This document shows positions 1 through 9,234 of a stretch of DNA of 29,348 nucleotides, piece by piece. The position numbers and the translations under genes are program-made. Under the pieces are notes generated by a model. That model was not told the DNA's origin and ran no database searches. It was given only the letters and a program-made list of their open reading frames with translations. Numbering within the stretch: position 1 is the stretch's first letter; every line of letters starts with the position of its first letter. Source of the DNA: a virus (Duplodnaviria > Caudoviricetes); IMG/VR virus record IMGVR_UViG_3300037566_000056, positions 1 through 29,348 of that record; one strand, 5' to 3'.

Positions 1-1185
1 CTTGAGCGTTACTTAGGGTTTGACCCTGAGACTGCTACAGCGGTTCCTTATTCTTCATTTCCTGATTCATCTAGATTTGCTAATACTTTTGATGATCAGT
101 CATCTTTAGTAGAAGCTATCTCAGCCAACACTGGTAATATTAATGATCTAGGCGATGCTATTGGGTCAAATGTTTATGATGAGATCTATAAGATTGTAGA
201 TACTCCATCAGCTAGTGATGAGTTAGCGCCTCAAGCTCCAGGATCAATCATCACGCTTCCTTTAGATAGTCGTGATAGCGATGCAACTAAATTCTATATT
301 GTAGGCTCAGGCGCATTAGAAGTATATGTAAGTGGTCAATTAGTTAGAGCAGGAGAAGCTTATGACGAGATTGGAACTGCTGGCACTCCATCAAATCAAA
401 TTCAGTTAAGACCTGATTATAGTTTTAATCTAGGTGACACTATTACTTTTAGAATTGATACTTTAGGTGGTTTTGTAGTAACCTCTTCAGGTATTAATCT
501 AGTCTCTCTTCAAGACGCCTACAACACCGGGCGTCTTATTGCCACAGCCACAGGTCAGCCTGTCCAAATATCAGGCCCTACTGGCGAGAAACTATTACGT
601 GTTCTTGGAGACGTTGAAATTACCGGCGTATTAGATCCTAAAGCTGTTGAGTTTACAAGAGAATCAATTAATCCTGTAGGAGCATTAAAAGATGGTTTAT
701 ATGTGGATCAAAATGGCGACCTTATCTATTCTAGTCAAAATTCTACGCTTAATTTGTCTAATGTGGCCGCTGGAAATGGAGCCGCCATCGTTCTCGAAGA
801 CTTGTACTCGAATTCTATTGGATCGACCATTGCGAAAGCTACTCCAGTTAGAATCAATTCTTCAGGCACCTTAGCTCTTATAGACGTCTCTGATGAAGAC
901 CAAGTTCTAGCTATGGTAGGCGTGGCAAGTCAAGATATAGCTAACTCAACCGAAGGCCGAGTATCTTATTCAGGCCGTCTTACAAATGTCTCAACCTCAA
1001 TCGCTGTAGGAAAGCCAGTGTTTATTTCAAAAATTGGGCTCCTTACTGACACTGTACCTGTCATTGGAACCGATGGATTTGTAGCAGGTGATTCTGTGGT
1101 TAGAGTAGGTACTATTGTCCAAAACAGAGACGTACCGGCAAATAAAGACTTATTAATCAATTATAGAGAAATAGGAAAACTATAA
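1..1185 (+). CDS. 5'-truncated virion structural protein (fibre/decoration type) with a C-terminal capsid-cement/head-fibre-like beta domain
   Basis: Frame 1 is open from base 1 (LERYLGFDPETATAVPY...) into the track ORF 703-1185, so GTG 703 is internal. The protein is G/T/S/D-rich. Its C-terminus (TPVRINSSG...VGVASQDI...GKPVFIS...VVRVG) resembles the C-terminus of 1402-3297. Confidence 0.7.
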   Translation, partial: LERYLGFDPETATAVPYSSFPDSSRFANTFDDQSSLVEAISANTGNINDLGDAIGSNVYDEIYKIVDTPSASDELAPQAPGSIITLPLDSRDSDATKFYIVGSGALEVYVSGQLVRAGEAYDEIGTAGTPSNQIQLRPDYSFNLGDTITFRIDTLGGFVVTSSGINLVSLQDAYNTGRLIATATGQPVQISGPTGEKLLRVLGDVEITGVLDPKAVEFTRESINPVGALKDGLYVDQNGDLIYSSQNSTLNLSNVAAGNGAAIVLEDLYSNSIGSTIAKATPVRINSSGTLALIDVSDEDQVLAMVGVASQDIANSTEGRVSYSGRLTNVSTSIAVGKPVFISKIGLLTDTVPVIGTDGFVAGDSVVRVGTIVQNRDVPANKDLLINYREIGKL

Positions 1186-1195
1186 AGGACATTTC

Positions 1196-1390
1196 ATGGC
1201 TGTAAATGTAGAAGATCTCAGTGAAGAGCAACTAAAGAAATTACAAGAAGCACTTAACGTTAAGTTAAAAGATATTGTAATTAAAGCAGAAACTGAAGCA
1301 AGTAAACTATTAGAGCCTTATGGAATGGATATCAAGATGATCGTCACCATCGGCTCTGGAGATAAATCTAAAAGCATAAAGCTTAAGTAA
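1196..1390 (+). CDS. Small hypothetical protein (64 aa, helical)
   Basis: AAGGA RBS before the ATG; fills the gap between two structural genes. Confidence 0.7.
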   Translation: MAVNVEDLSEEQLKKLQEALNVKLKDIVIKAETEASKLLEPYGMDIKMIVTIGSGDKSKSIKLK

Positions 1391-1401
1391 CAGGAGACGT
1401 A

Positions 1402-3297
1402 ATGGCTGACATTTCACAATTGGCGGTCTTGCAAAACGCAATTGTCACTAACTTAGATCTTTCAACAAATGCATTAGTTGTTGGATCCGTTAAAGTAGGT
1501 GCCACTGAGTTGACCGAGGCTATTCTAGGAAACTTAATCAATCTACAAAATGGATCTGACTTCGCTGATGGTAATTCAAGCCACACGCATGATGGAAGAT
1601 ATCGCACTCAAACAGAGTTGAGTTCTATTGGAGCTACCTCTGGAGCGGATCTTATTGGTGTTCGTGATGATGGTGCCTTTTTTACTGGATCGGACTTAGA
1701 GGAGATTCTTCAAGAAATTGGAGCTCTTGTAAGTGCTGTAGTAGACGCGGCTAATGTGACTTATAGTCCAGCAGTATTAGCTAATTGGACTGGTGCAGCG
1801 GATCCTGGAAATGTTGATGGAGCTCTTGACCAGTTAGCAGCTCGCCAAACTACTACTGAAGGCCAAGTATCAACTAACACCTCAGACATTGCAGCTAGAG
1901 CTCTAGATACTGAGGTTTTAAAGAAAGACGGTTCAGTTCCTCTTGAAGGTAATATGGATCTTGGAGGAAACAGGTTCTCAAATGCAGGAGCTCCAGTAAA
2001 TCCTAATGACTTAGTAAGACTAGTCGACCTTCAAGCTGTTGAAAGCGCAGGAGGTCTTGGTAAAGCAGCCGTTAAGGCATCTACTACTGGAAACCTTACT
2101 GGATATAATGCCTCAGGCGGTACTGCAGGCAACGGTTCATTCACTGGTGTATCAATGACTCAAGATACTGTGGTCTTGGTGAATAACGATAGATTAGTAG
2201 TTCCTTTTCAAACTGATAAAGCCCAAAACGGTATTTATGTAGTTGTTGACGATACTACAGGTACTATTGAGCGTGCAAGTGATGCGGATGGTACACCGGC
2301 CTCAGAGGTCCAAGGTGGTAACTCAGTCTTCGTTGATCTTGGTGCCACATACGCTAACACGGTATTCCAACTTAAAGGCCAAGGCGAATTAAGTCCTGGA
2401 AATGATGATCAAGACTGGGTCATTTATAGTCGTGTAGAGAACATTCAAGACGGCCAAGGTCTTACTAGAAACGGAACCATCTTAGGTGTCGAGACTGATA
2501 GCAATTCTCTTGGATTTAACGGTTCAGAACAATTAGAAGTCAAATTCTCAGGATCCACTATCGAAAAAGACGGATCAGGTATTAAGGTATCTGACGGCGG
2601 TATTGGCACAACTCAAATTGCAGATGACGCCGTCACTAAAGAAAAGGTAGCCGCTGATGTGGCTGGAGCAGGTCTTGGCCAAAACGTAGATGGATCATTA
2701 GAAGTAAATGCGGATGATACGACTATTGAAGTCGTTGGCGATGCTATTCAAGTAAAAGATGGTGGTATTGCCGACGTAAAAGCAGCTAGTGGTTCTAAAT
2801 TAGAACAAGCTATCCAATTCCACACTAATTCAGATATCACTGGCGCAGAGGCTGAGACTCTTACTGATGGGTCAAACGCAGATGCTCTTCACAGCCATGA
2901 TTCAATGAAAAGTACCCGTCTTGCTGGCGAGGCTTTCGGGGCGAACATCACTAAAGTCGTGCGCTGGGGAAAAGACGGAGAAACAGCCGGTCGTATTTAC
3001 GCTGCTGATTCTGGTGTTGCAAGTGCTAATAACTTCAGAGGAATTGGCCTTCAGCTTGATACATCAGCAGTATCGGCTGGAGCTAATGCCACTATTACTA
3101 GAAGAGGAACCCACACTCTTGGTGCAGGTGATACTAACTTCGCCGCAGCTGATGTAGGTAAAACTGTATACCTCTCCACTACTGGTGATTTTACTTTAAC
3201 TGCTCCAACTGCGGTAGGGACTGTTGTATATGAAGTAGGACAAGTCGAGGATATTAATAAGATCGATGTAATGTTTAGATTAATCGGTGTCAACTAA
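1402..3297 (+). CDS. Virion fibre/head-decoration protein (631 aa)
   Basis: AGGAG RBS. It has HxH motifs (SHTHD, LHSHD), a common phage-fibre segment (VKASTTGNL...NDRLVV..QT..AQNGIY...RASDAD), G.GL....G.LEV repeats and a C-terminal cement-like domain. Confidence 0.7.
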   Translation: MADISQLAVLQNAIVTNLDLSTNALVVGSVKVGATELTEAILGNLINLQNGSDFADGNSSHTHDGRYRTQTELSSIGATSGADLIGVRDDGAFFTGSDLEEILQEIGALVSAVVDAANVTYSPAVLANWTGAADPGNVDGALDQLAARQTTTEGQVSTNTSDIAARALDTEVLKKDGSVPLEGNMDLGGNRFSNAGAPVNPNDLVRLVDLQAVESAGGLGKAAVKASTTGNLTGYNASGGTAGNGSFTGVSMTQDTVVLVNNDRLVVPFQTDKAQNGIYVVVDDTTGTIERASDADGTPASEVQGGNSVFVDLGATYANTVFQLKGQGELSPGNDDQDWVIYSRVENIQDGQGLTRNGTILGVETDSNSLGFNGSEQLEVKFSGSTIEKDGSGIKVSDGGIGTTQIADDAVTKEKVAADVAGAGLGQNVDGSLEVNADDTTIEVVGDAIQVKDGGIADVKAASGSKLEQAIQFHTNSDITGAEAETLTDGSNADALHSHDSMKSTRLAGEAFGANITKVVRWGKDGETAGRIYAADSGVASANNFRGIGLQLDTSAVSAGANATITRRGTHTLGAGDTNFAAADVGKTVYLSTTGDFTLTAPTAVGTVVYEVGQVEDINKIDVMFRLIGVN

Positions 3298-3306
3298 GGA
3301 TTAGGT

Positions 3307-3633
3307 GTGACAAAAGCGTTGGTATTGACAAATGGAATTCCTGTAATGACAGAGATAGCAGCTGCCGGGCAAAACCCAGTAGACGATAGATTGTTAGTTG
3401 TTTTAGGAAGTCCTGGAAATGCCAATGAAATCACTGGTCCAATTCCTCAAGGAACTCCTATAGACCTTCCTAATGGACTTACTTATGAGAGTGGCCAATT
3501 AGAAGTCACTCTCTCAGGTCAGACCGTATTGCCCATATCCGGGTGGAATGAAATAGGAAGCGGTGAGAAAACTCAGATCAGCTTTAATCGAGACCTAGAC
3601 ATAGGTGACGAAATTGGCTTTAGGCGAGACTAA
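3307..3633 (+). CDS. Small structural protein (108 aa), stand-alone copy of a beta domain also found in ORF 1-1185
   Basis: GTG start with an AAGGA/AGG RBS. The segment NEITGPIPQGTPIDLP...GQLEVTLSGQ...WNEIG...QISF..DLDIGDEIGFRRD aligns by eye with ORF 1-1185. Confidence 0.65.
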   Translation: MTKALVLTNGIPVMTEIAAAGQNPVDDRLLVVLGSPGNANEITGPIPQGTPIDLPNGLTYESGQLEVTLSGQTVLPISGWNEIGSGEKTQISFNRDLDIGDEIGFRRD

Positions 3634-3656
3634 CATATATGAACACTTATATCGAT

Positions 3657-3665
3657 TGATATAAT
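3657..3665 (+). promoter_or_regulatory. Extended -10 promoter element (TGATATAAT) upstream of 3791
   Basis: TGnTATAAT in the only sizeable intergenic gap of the structural block. The same 9-mer occurs at 19530-19538. Confidence 0.5.
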
Positions 3666-3688
3666 TTAACTATACGAATGCACGATAC

Positions 3689-3771
3689 ACACTATCTATT
3701 TGTATGCAGATATTAACGTTTTTGTTAAATCCACTATACAAAATTCTTGTATAGCTCTACAAAGATAGTGT
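3689..3771 (+). other. Multi-stem structured leader / candidate cis-regulatory RNA
   Basis: ACACTATCT 3689-3697 pairs with AGATAGTGT 3763-3771, extended by TTGTA/TACAA. This stem encloses the hairpins GATATTAAC/GTTAAATC and CTATACAA(3734-41)/TTGTATAG(3747-54). Confidence 0.4.
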
Positions 3772-3790
3772 TGCGTCATAAGGACACAAC

Positions 3791-5776
3791 ATGGCTCGAA
3801 ATTTTGACTCAAGACAAACCGAACACAGATCCAAACTAGACCGACTCTCAGCTGAGAGTACGCCTAGTCTTAAAACTATACTTCCTAATTTGAATACGGA
3901 GCTTACTCCTGTATTTGCTTTGACTGAATCGGCCACTCCTGATTTAGTACTCAATATCGGTGCAGCTACTGTCCAGAATTCAGACACGGGCTTCACTCGT
4001 TCCTTTAGTCCAATCAGTGGACAATATTTCCAATTCACTGGTGGTACTGTCACATTCCCAAGCTCTAATGGAGCAATCACCGTCAATCCTGGTGCAGACT
4101 CAACTATTTCTGTTCCAGACGACACCTTTGTGGCCGTTTTAGTTCAGATCAACTCTATTGGCGATCTTAGCGTAAGCGTTGGTCAGCCGGTTGCTAATGC
4201 CGCTGACGCAACTCTTGCTGCTAATTTCCCTGTTCCTAATGCGAGTGATCTTCCTATTGGTTTTATTATCCTTGAAAACGATAGTGGAACTTTTCAGCCT
4301 ATTACTAATGCTTCGATATCTCAATTCGAATCAGGAGGCGGTGCTGGAGGTTCTAGCGCTGATGCAGGTCTACAACCTGCTGATGGCTTTGAGACTCTAT
4401 TTTTTGATGATCTAAGTGCTGGTCCAACAAGCCCTGAGAACAAAGTAGACGCCAAAACTACTGGTACATATAAAGCTGCAGGAGGTCTTTACGAACTATC
4501 TTGTGATAAAACTAAATTAGCCACAACAGTCGGTACGGCTCTTACGCTAAACGTAGCGCCTAGCTTTACAGTAGCAGAAAATGATGTATTGGTTATTGGA
4601 AGTGAGATTAGAAGAATCACCGCCGTAGCCAGTCAGACTAGTTTTACCCTTGACGCGGCTCTAGCAAGTGATGTAACTGACGTAGCGTGCCTTATAAGCC
4701 AGGCAGTCTATAGTGTTGATATTGTTAACTTCGGAGACTCCACTGAACTAACGCGTATTAGAGACATCTACCAAGATGAAGATTTAAGTTTAGCAAATCT
4801 TATATATTTTGATACTTTAGAACAAGATGATTCAGTTGAAGACTATACTACTGAGGCTAATATTAGCGCTGTAATTTCTAATCAAGGACTACAAGCAGAC
4901 GTGACATTTCCAACAATGGATCAGTTTAGCTCGATATATAACCGACCAGTACTAAACGAAGTACAATCTGACTTGACACTTCCTGAAATGGGCGGGCAGC
5001 GTCTTTTTGTCGTGTTCTTTGCTAATCCTACTAATACTTCAGTAGTTGATAATGCTAATCTTTTAGAGTATAGAGTATCCTTGATTGAAAGTGAGGCCCA
5101 GGTACAGAGCGGAGTTGGTGAATCTGCTATTGGGCGCTCCGTAGTCGGAGCTTACGAGAATATGAATGTGTCCGTGGCAGGCGGTAAGACTAGAATCGTT
5201 CTTGATTTTGAGTATCCAGCAGGAGCTTTTTCTGGAAGATCTCAAGGAGCAGTTGAGGTTATAGTCGACGGTCGTAAATTTGCAAGACAGACAGGGTCCA
5301 TTACAACAGATGACTTTTATACCGAGATTAGTAATACCATTATTGATCTTGATCAAGACTATTCAGGTTCAGATATTCCTATTGAAGTCATTTATAGACA
5401 AGCTCTTGAAGACGCGAGCGCGGATAACAGTCTAAGATTAGGAACATTAGAAAGCTATAATAATCTCAAATCGTCAGAATTTGATACAGGAAAACGCTGG
5501 ATCAACGGAGAAGTTGTATATGGTATAGCCATTCAACAAGACTCAGATGTTACTACAGACGGTGGAGTTATTGCCACAATAGCTACTGGACTAGAACCCA
5601 TCAATGCCGTTCAGTTTAATTCTAATGTGTGGTCTATAGCAACATTCAGCTCGGATGGAAGTAATAGATCTGGACTTAGATATAACTCTACTACTGGTGA
5701 GATTACTCTATTCAAAACAGGAACAGACAATGCGTTGGGTCCTGTTAGATTATTTTTAGAATACATCAAGCCTTAA
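3791..5776 (+). CDS. Tail/baseplate-associated fibre-like structural protein (661 aa)
   Basis: AAGGA RBS; acidic, beta-rich and modular, with a GGGAGG linker. The C-terminal E.DTGKRWINGE.VY motif is typical of tail-fibre distal domains, and a fibre chaperone gene follows. Confidence 0.65.
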   Translation: MARNFDSRQTEHRSKLDRLSAESTPSLKTILPNLNTELTPVFALTESATPDLVLNIGAATVQNSDTGFTRSFSPISGQYFQFTGGTVTFPSSNGAITVNPGADSTISVPDDTFVAVLVQINSIGDLSVSVGQPVANAADATLAANFPVPNASDLPIGFIILENDSGTFQPITNASISQFESGGGAGGSSADAGLQPADGFETLFFDDLSAGPTSPENKVDAKTTGTYKAAGGLYELSCDKTKLATTVGTALTLNVAPSFTVAENDVLVIGSEIRRITAVASQTSFTLDAALASDVTDVACLISQAVYSVDIVNFGDSTELTRIRDIYQDEDLSLANLIYFDTLEQDDSVEDYTTEANISAVISNQGLQADVTFPTMDQFSSIYNRPVLNEVQSDLTLPEMGGQRLFVVFFANPTNTSVVDNANLLEYRVSLIESEAQVQSGVGESAIGRSVVGAYENMNVSVAGGKTRIVLDFEYPAGAFSGRSQGAVEVIVDGRKFARQTGSITTDDFYTEISNTIIDLDQDYSGSDIPIEVIYRQALEDASADNSLRLGTLESYNNLKSSEFDTGKRWINGEVVYGIAIQQDSDVTTDGGVIATIATGLEPINAVQFNSNVWSIATFSSDGSNRSGLRYNSTTGEITLFKTGTDNALGPVRLFLEYIKP

Positions 5777-5792
5777 TTAGGAGACATCATAA

Positions 5793-6221
5793 ATGAAAAT
5801 GTATGCAGTTAAAATGCTTAATGATAACTCAGTAGGAATTCTTATGGTTAAAGGAGATCCTACTTCTAAATTAGAACAAGCTAATGCAGAGATGATCGGC
5901 GCTATCGAAGAGCAAGACCTTCCTGATAAATACTTTAGAAATTGCTGGAGAAAATCAGGCGCTGACTCTATTGCGATTAATATGCCACTTGCAAGAGCTC
6001 AGATCATGGCTGAGATCAGATCTAAGCGTGACGAATATCTAGTTAAGTCTGATGCTAAGCAAATGGAGATGGTGAGTAAGGGTGAAGATACGACTGATCT
6101 TTTTGCGTTAAAACAAGCACTTAGAGATCTTCCAGACTCAATTGATCTTGATGGTCTAAATGCTGACGAGCTTAAAGCTTTAGACACTTTTGACACAATC
6201 AATACATCACTTTTAGGATAA
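5793..6221 (+). CDS. Tail-fibre assembly chaperone
   Basis: LPDKYFRNCW and IRSKRDEYLVKSD...KQALRDLP match the R..R..LL..SD...RQALRDLP signature of phage tail assembly chaperones. AGGAG RBS. Confidence 0.75.
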   Translation: MKMYAVKMLNDNSVGILMVKGDPTSKLEQANAEMIGAIEEQDLPDKYFRNCWRKSGADSIAINMPLARAQIMAEIRSKRDEYLVKSDAKQMEMVSKGEDTTDLFALKQALRDLPDSIDLDGLNADELKALDTFDTINTSLLG

Positions 6222-6224
6222 TTT

Positions 6225-8435
6225 ATGGGACAGATTAAGAAACTAAATAGCGCAGTATTTAATAAGTTAACTACTACTCAAAGTAGGAATAATTCATCTA
6301 CTACTGTAGAGTCTCAATCTACTGGCGAGATCTCTGAATGGGCTAAGTCTGGTTTTGAAGATTTTATAGCTAAATCTGAGATGGACGCTCCATTTACCGA
6401 GATAGCTAATAGAGACAAAGTCTTATCTGGGTTAGAAAGTGCTCTAGGAGTAGAGCGCGTTGTCATTAATTCGATCACTCAATCAGATACCGAGTCAGGT
6501 CCAAATGGAGAATCTGTGTGGACTCCTGATAATAAGGACTCTAGAGTTAGATTTGTTGGCACATGGGAGTCTGTATCAAATGTTAATTCTACTTTTGTAA
6601 GATCTACCACAGTTGGTGATTTTTTAGAGGTGACTTTTTACGGAACTGGTATAAACCTAGTCACTTTAATAGATGGGTCTGCTAGGGATTTTAGAGTGTC
6701 TGTAGATGGCGGAGCTGAGGGGTCAAACATTTATCCAAGTAGTCCGTCCTCCGTACTAAATGGTAGAAGTTACAAAATGAACTGCGTTGTAGAAGCAACG
6801 TCTGGATTAAGTCTAGACTGGCACACCGTGAAAATTAGATTCGCAGCAACTGCGGATATCAGTATTTTTGGAGTAGAAATTGTCAACTCGGGAACCCAGA
6901 TCTCAGTAACCTCTGGATCCAGCTTCTCAGGAACCGTTAAAGAATCACTAGCAGATAACATTATGGTGAACTATAAACCTGCTGCAATGGGATCTAACGG
7001 CGGCCGTGTTGTTAAATATCTTCAAGGTGGAATCATCCAAGAAGCGTTCACTGAAGTAGGCACTGCTCAGTATTTAGGATCAACTGACCACTCTGCTGAA
7101 GAGATTGCCCGTAAGATTAATTTTCGTGAGTTCGGCGCTAATCGATCAGACGACTTTAGTACTTTGTCTTCAGTATCTGATAGAGCTTTTACTCTTGATG
7201 ATGGAACTACTACTCTAGTAGGCGAAGACGTTAGAGTTATTGAAGGGCTATTTCCTAGTGCCGTCAATGATTTCTATACTTTAACTTTTGTAGGAACGGG
7301 CTTAGATTTAGAAGCAATTCAGACATCTATAGGTGCTGATGACATGAATATCACTATTGATGGTGACTCAGTAGGGACTCTTAGCTCGGCCGGTGCGGCT
7401 GGGACCTTTGTCAGAAAAATCTGCTCAGGACTTCCTTATGGAACCCACACCGTTCGTTTTAGAAGAGACGTGGTAGCGGCGGGTCAGATTGAGGCTCTTA
7501 ATTTTGTTATCTACCAACCTAAAAAGCCAGAAGTTGAAGGCTTCGTAGTCGCCGATTATAATGTTGTGGCTGACTTTGTAAGAGAAGATAATCCTAATCC
7601 AGGGTCTACTATTAGCGATTTTTATATCTCTCAAGGTGTAGTAAGAACAGCTTGCTCGCGAGAGTTCACTTATTCCGGCACCTGGGGATTATCGCCATTT
7701 TCTCAATTCGACACCGGTTTTGAAGCTTTTACGTCTACTAATGGTGGCTATATTGAGTATTCTTTCTTCGGGACTGGAATTGAGATCAGATCTCAAGCTG
7801 CTGGAACGTTGACTACTAACGCCCAGATCGATATCGATGGCAACACTGATTTCTCAGGACTGACTACTGATACTGCTGGAGGTTATAGTTTCACCCCTTC
7901 AACAGGGATTCTTAGCCAAAACTCTTCTACTCAGTATAACTCAAGTCTCAGTATCTCAGGCCTAAGTCTTGATTGGCACACATTTAGAATGACTAATAAC
8001 ACTGGATCCTTTATGGAGATCAGTGCATTAGATGTCATCACACCTATCCACATCAATGACGTTAGCCTTAAAATTACTCAGAGCTTACTAACTAATAAGA
8101 ACATTGGGCCTTTGGTTAAAGAAGAAGCCAAGCCTAAGATTGGAGAGGCTAAAGCCCTTTTAGCTTATACGCCTAATGATAATGCGATTGAGTTTTCTGA
8201 AAATATCTCAGCAGTTTTAGAAGTGAGCACTGGCGTGTTTTTAGTTTATTTTGAAACTCCTTTTAAATCTGAAAATTATGTAATGGCTGGATCATCTACT
8301 GGAGATAAGCGAGTAGGTTTTGACTCCGCGGTAAAGAAAGCTAACTACATAGAGATCAATGTCTCCACCGGATCTGGCTCTTTTTCAGATGGAGACATTC
8401 TGGTCGCATTTTTTGGTGAGCTTCAAGGAGAATAA
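6225..8435 (+). CDS. Putative receptor-binding tail protein with three tandem galactose-binding-like (jelly-roll) domains
   Basis: Three internal repeats of F.GTG(I/L)...(V/I)DG...SGL....HT(V/F). The C-terminal AKALLAY...NISAV....TGVFLVYF..PF...NY domain is common at fibre tips. Confidence 0.65.
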   Translation: MGQIKKLNSAVFNKLTTTQSRNNSSTTVESQSTGEISEWAKSGFEDFIAKSEMDAPFTEIANRDKVLSGLESALGVERVVINSITQSDTESGPNGESVWTPDNKDSRVRFVGTWESVSNVNSTFVRSTTVGDFLEVTFYGTGINLVTLIDGSARDFRVSVDGGAEGSNIYPSSPSSVLNGRSYKMNCVVEATSGLSLDWHTVKIRFAATADISIFGVEIVNSGTQISVTSGSSFSGTVKESLADNIMVNYKPAAMGSNGGRVVKYLQGGIIQEAFTEVGTAQYLGSTDHSAEEIARKINFREFGANRSDDFSTLSSVSDRAFTLDDGTTTLVGEDVRVIEGLFPSAVNDFYTLTFVGTGLDLEAIQTSIGADDMNITIDGDSVGTLSSAGAAGTFVRKICSGLPYGTHTVRFRRDVVAAGQIEALNFVIYQPKKPEVEGFVVADYNVVADFVREDNPNPGSTISDFYISQGVVRTACSREFTYSGTWGLSPFSQFDTGFEAFTSTNGGYIEYSFFGTGIEIRSQAAGTLTTNAQIDIDGNTDFSGLTTDTAGGYSFTPSTGILSQNSSTQYNSSLSISGLSLDWHTFRMTNNTGSFMEISALDVITPIHINDVSLKITQSLLTNKNIGPLVKEEAKPKIGEAKALLAYTPNDNAIEFSENISAVLEVSTGVFLVYFETPFKSENYVMAGSSTGDKRVGFDSAVKKANYIEINVSTGSGSFSDGDILVAFFGELQGE

Positions 8436-9166
8436 TGAACACTAAATCTTATTACGATAAGTTTGGGCTCGTAAACGCGGCTAAGCATGAAGTAGGAGCC
8501 GAGAACAGCCTTCTTTGGACCTTTCAAAACTATCTTTTAAATAAAGGAAAAGGAAACCACATAGAAGCGCACCGGGTTATGAGTGTATTAGTTTCTAATA
8601 TGGAGACGTGTAGAATCAAACCAGGATTCTTCCACCAAACACCAGTTCACCAAGAAAGAGAGTTTAGACAAAAAGATGGCTATATGAGCCCGGATCAGTT
8701 AATCACTTTTATGATGGCTGGTTTTCTTTTTGAGAAGAACTATAAAAAGGCAGTTTATCACAAAGAGATCTGGAAAGAAATAAGAAACCAAGGTTATATC
8801 AAATACAATAACTTAGAAGACGGAAAACTACGTCTAATCCATCCAAGAGACTGGATCTTATACTTCTCATTAAATAATCAATTACTAGGTCAGATCTTGA
8901 TGTGGGCGCTCGTGGTGTTTAATATCATAGCTTGCCTTAATAGTAGAGATAGTACTACAGGCAAGCTATTGGCGTGGACTAAGAGTATGGCCTTAAAAGA
9001 CAAGTTCTTAGCTATGAGATTCTCTTATTGGATCTGTACTAAGATTATTGAGAGGACTCACGGGTCTTGGAGTGATGTTTTTTGTCACTTTTCTGATGTC
9101 CATCAGCGTCATATTTATTTTCCTTTAGACCACCCGAATTCTGTTCTAGCTCAATCGCTTTACTAA
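8435..9166 (+). CDS. Hypothetical protein (243 aa, helical, aromatic-rich, one hydrophobic segment)
   Basis: TAATG coupling to the upstream gene and an AAGGAG RBS; no recognised family. Confidence 0.7.
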   Translation: MNTKSYYDKFGLVNAAKHEVGAENSLLWTFQNYLLNKGKGNHIEAHRVMSVLVSNMETCRIKPGFFHQTPVHQEREFRQKDGYMSPDQLITFMMAGFLFEKNYKKAVYHKEIWKEIRNQGYIKYNNLEDGKLRLIHPRDWILYFSLNNQLLGQILMWALVVFNIIACLNSRDSTTGKLLAWTKSMALKDKFLAMRFSYWICTKIIERTHGSWSDVFCHFSDVHQRHIYFPLDHPNSVLAQSLY

Positions 9167-9223
9167 CTAGTTTGCAGCCATAGAAACAACGATAATGGTT
9201 CCGCAGATCATAAATACCCGCAT
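9167..9223 (-). CDS. Possible 18-aa hydrophobic peptide MRVFMICGTIIVVSMAAN
   Basis: Not in the track. It fills the gap between converging genes, and its stop abuts the TAA at 9164-9166. RBS is weak. Confidence 0.3.
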   Translation of the reverse strand: MRVFMICGTIIVVSMAAN

Positions 9224-9234
9224 TTAGTATACGC

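Noticed and set aside
703-1185. Track ORF as a complete 160-aa gene
   Set aside because: The frame is open from base 1, so GTG 703 is an internal Val.
6800-7985. Diversity-generating retroelement TR/VR pair from the repeated SGLSLDWHT DNA
   Set aside because: The match is short, differences are synonymous rather than adenine-specific, and there is no reverse transcriptase in the window.
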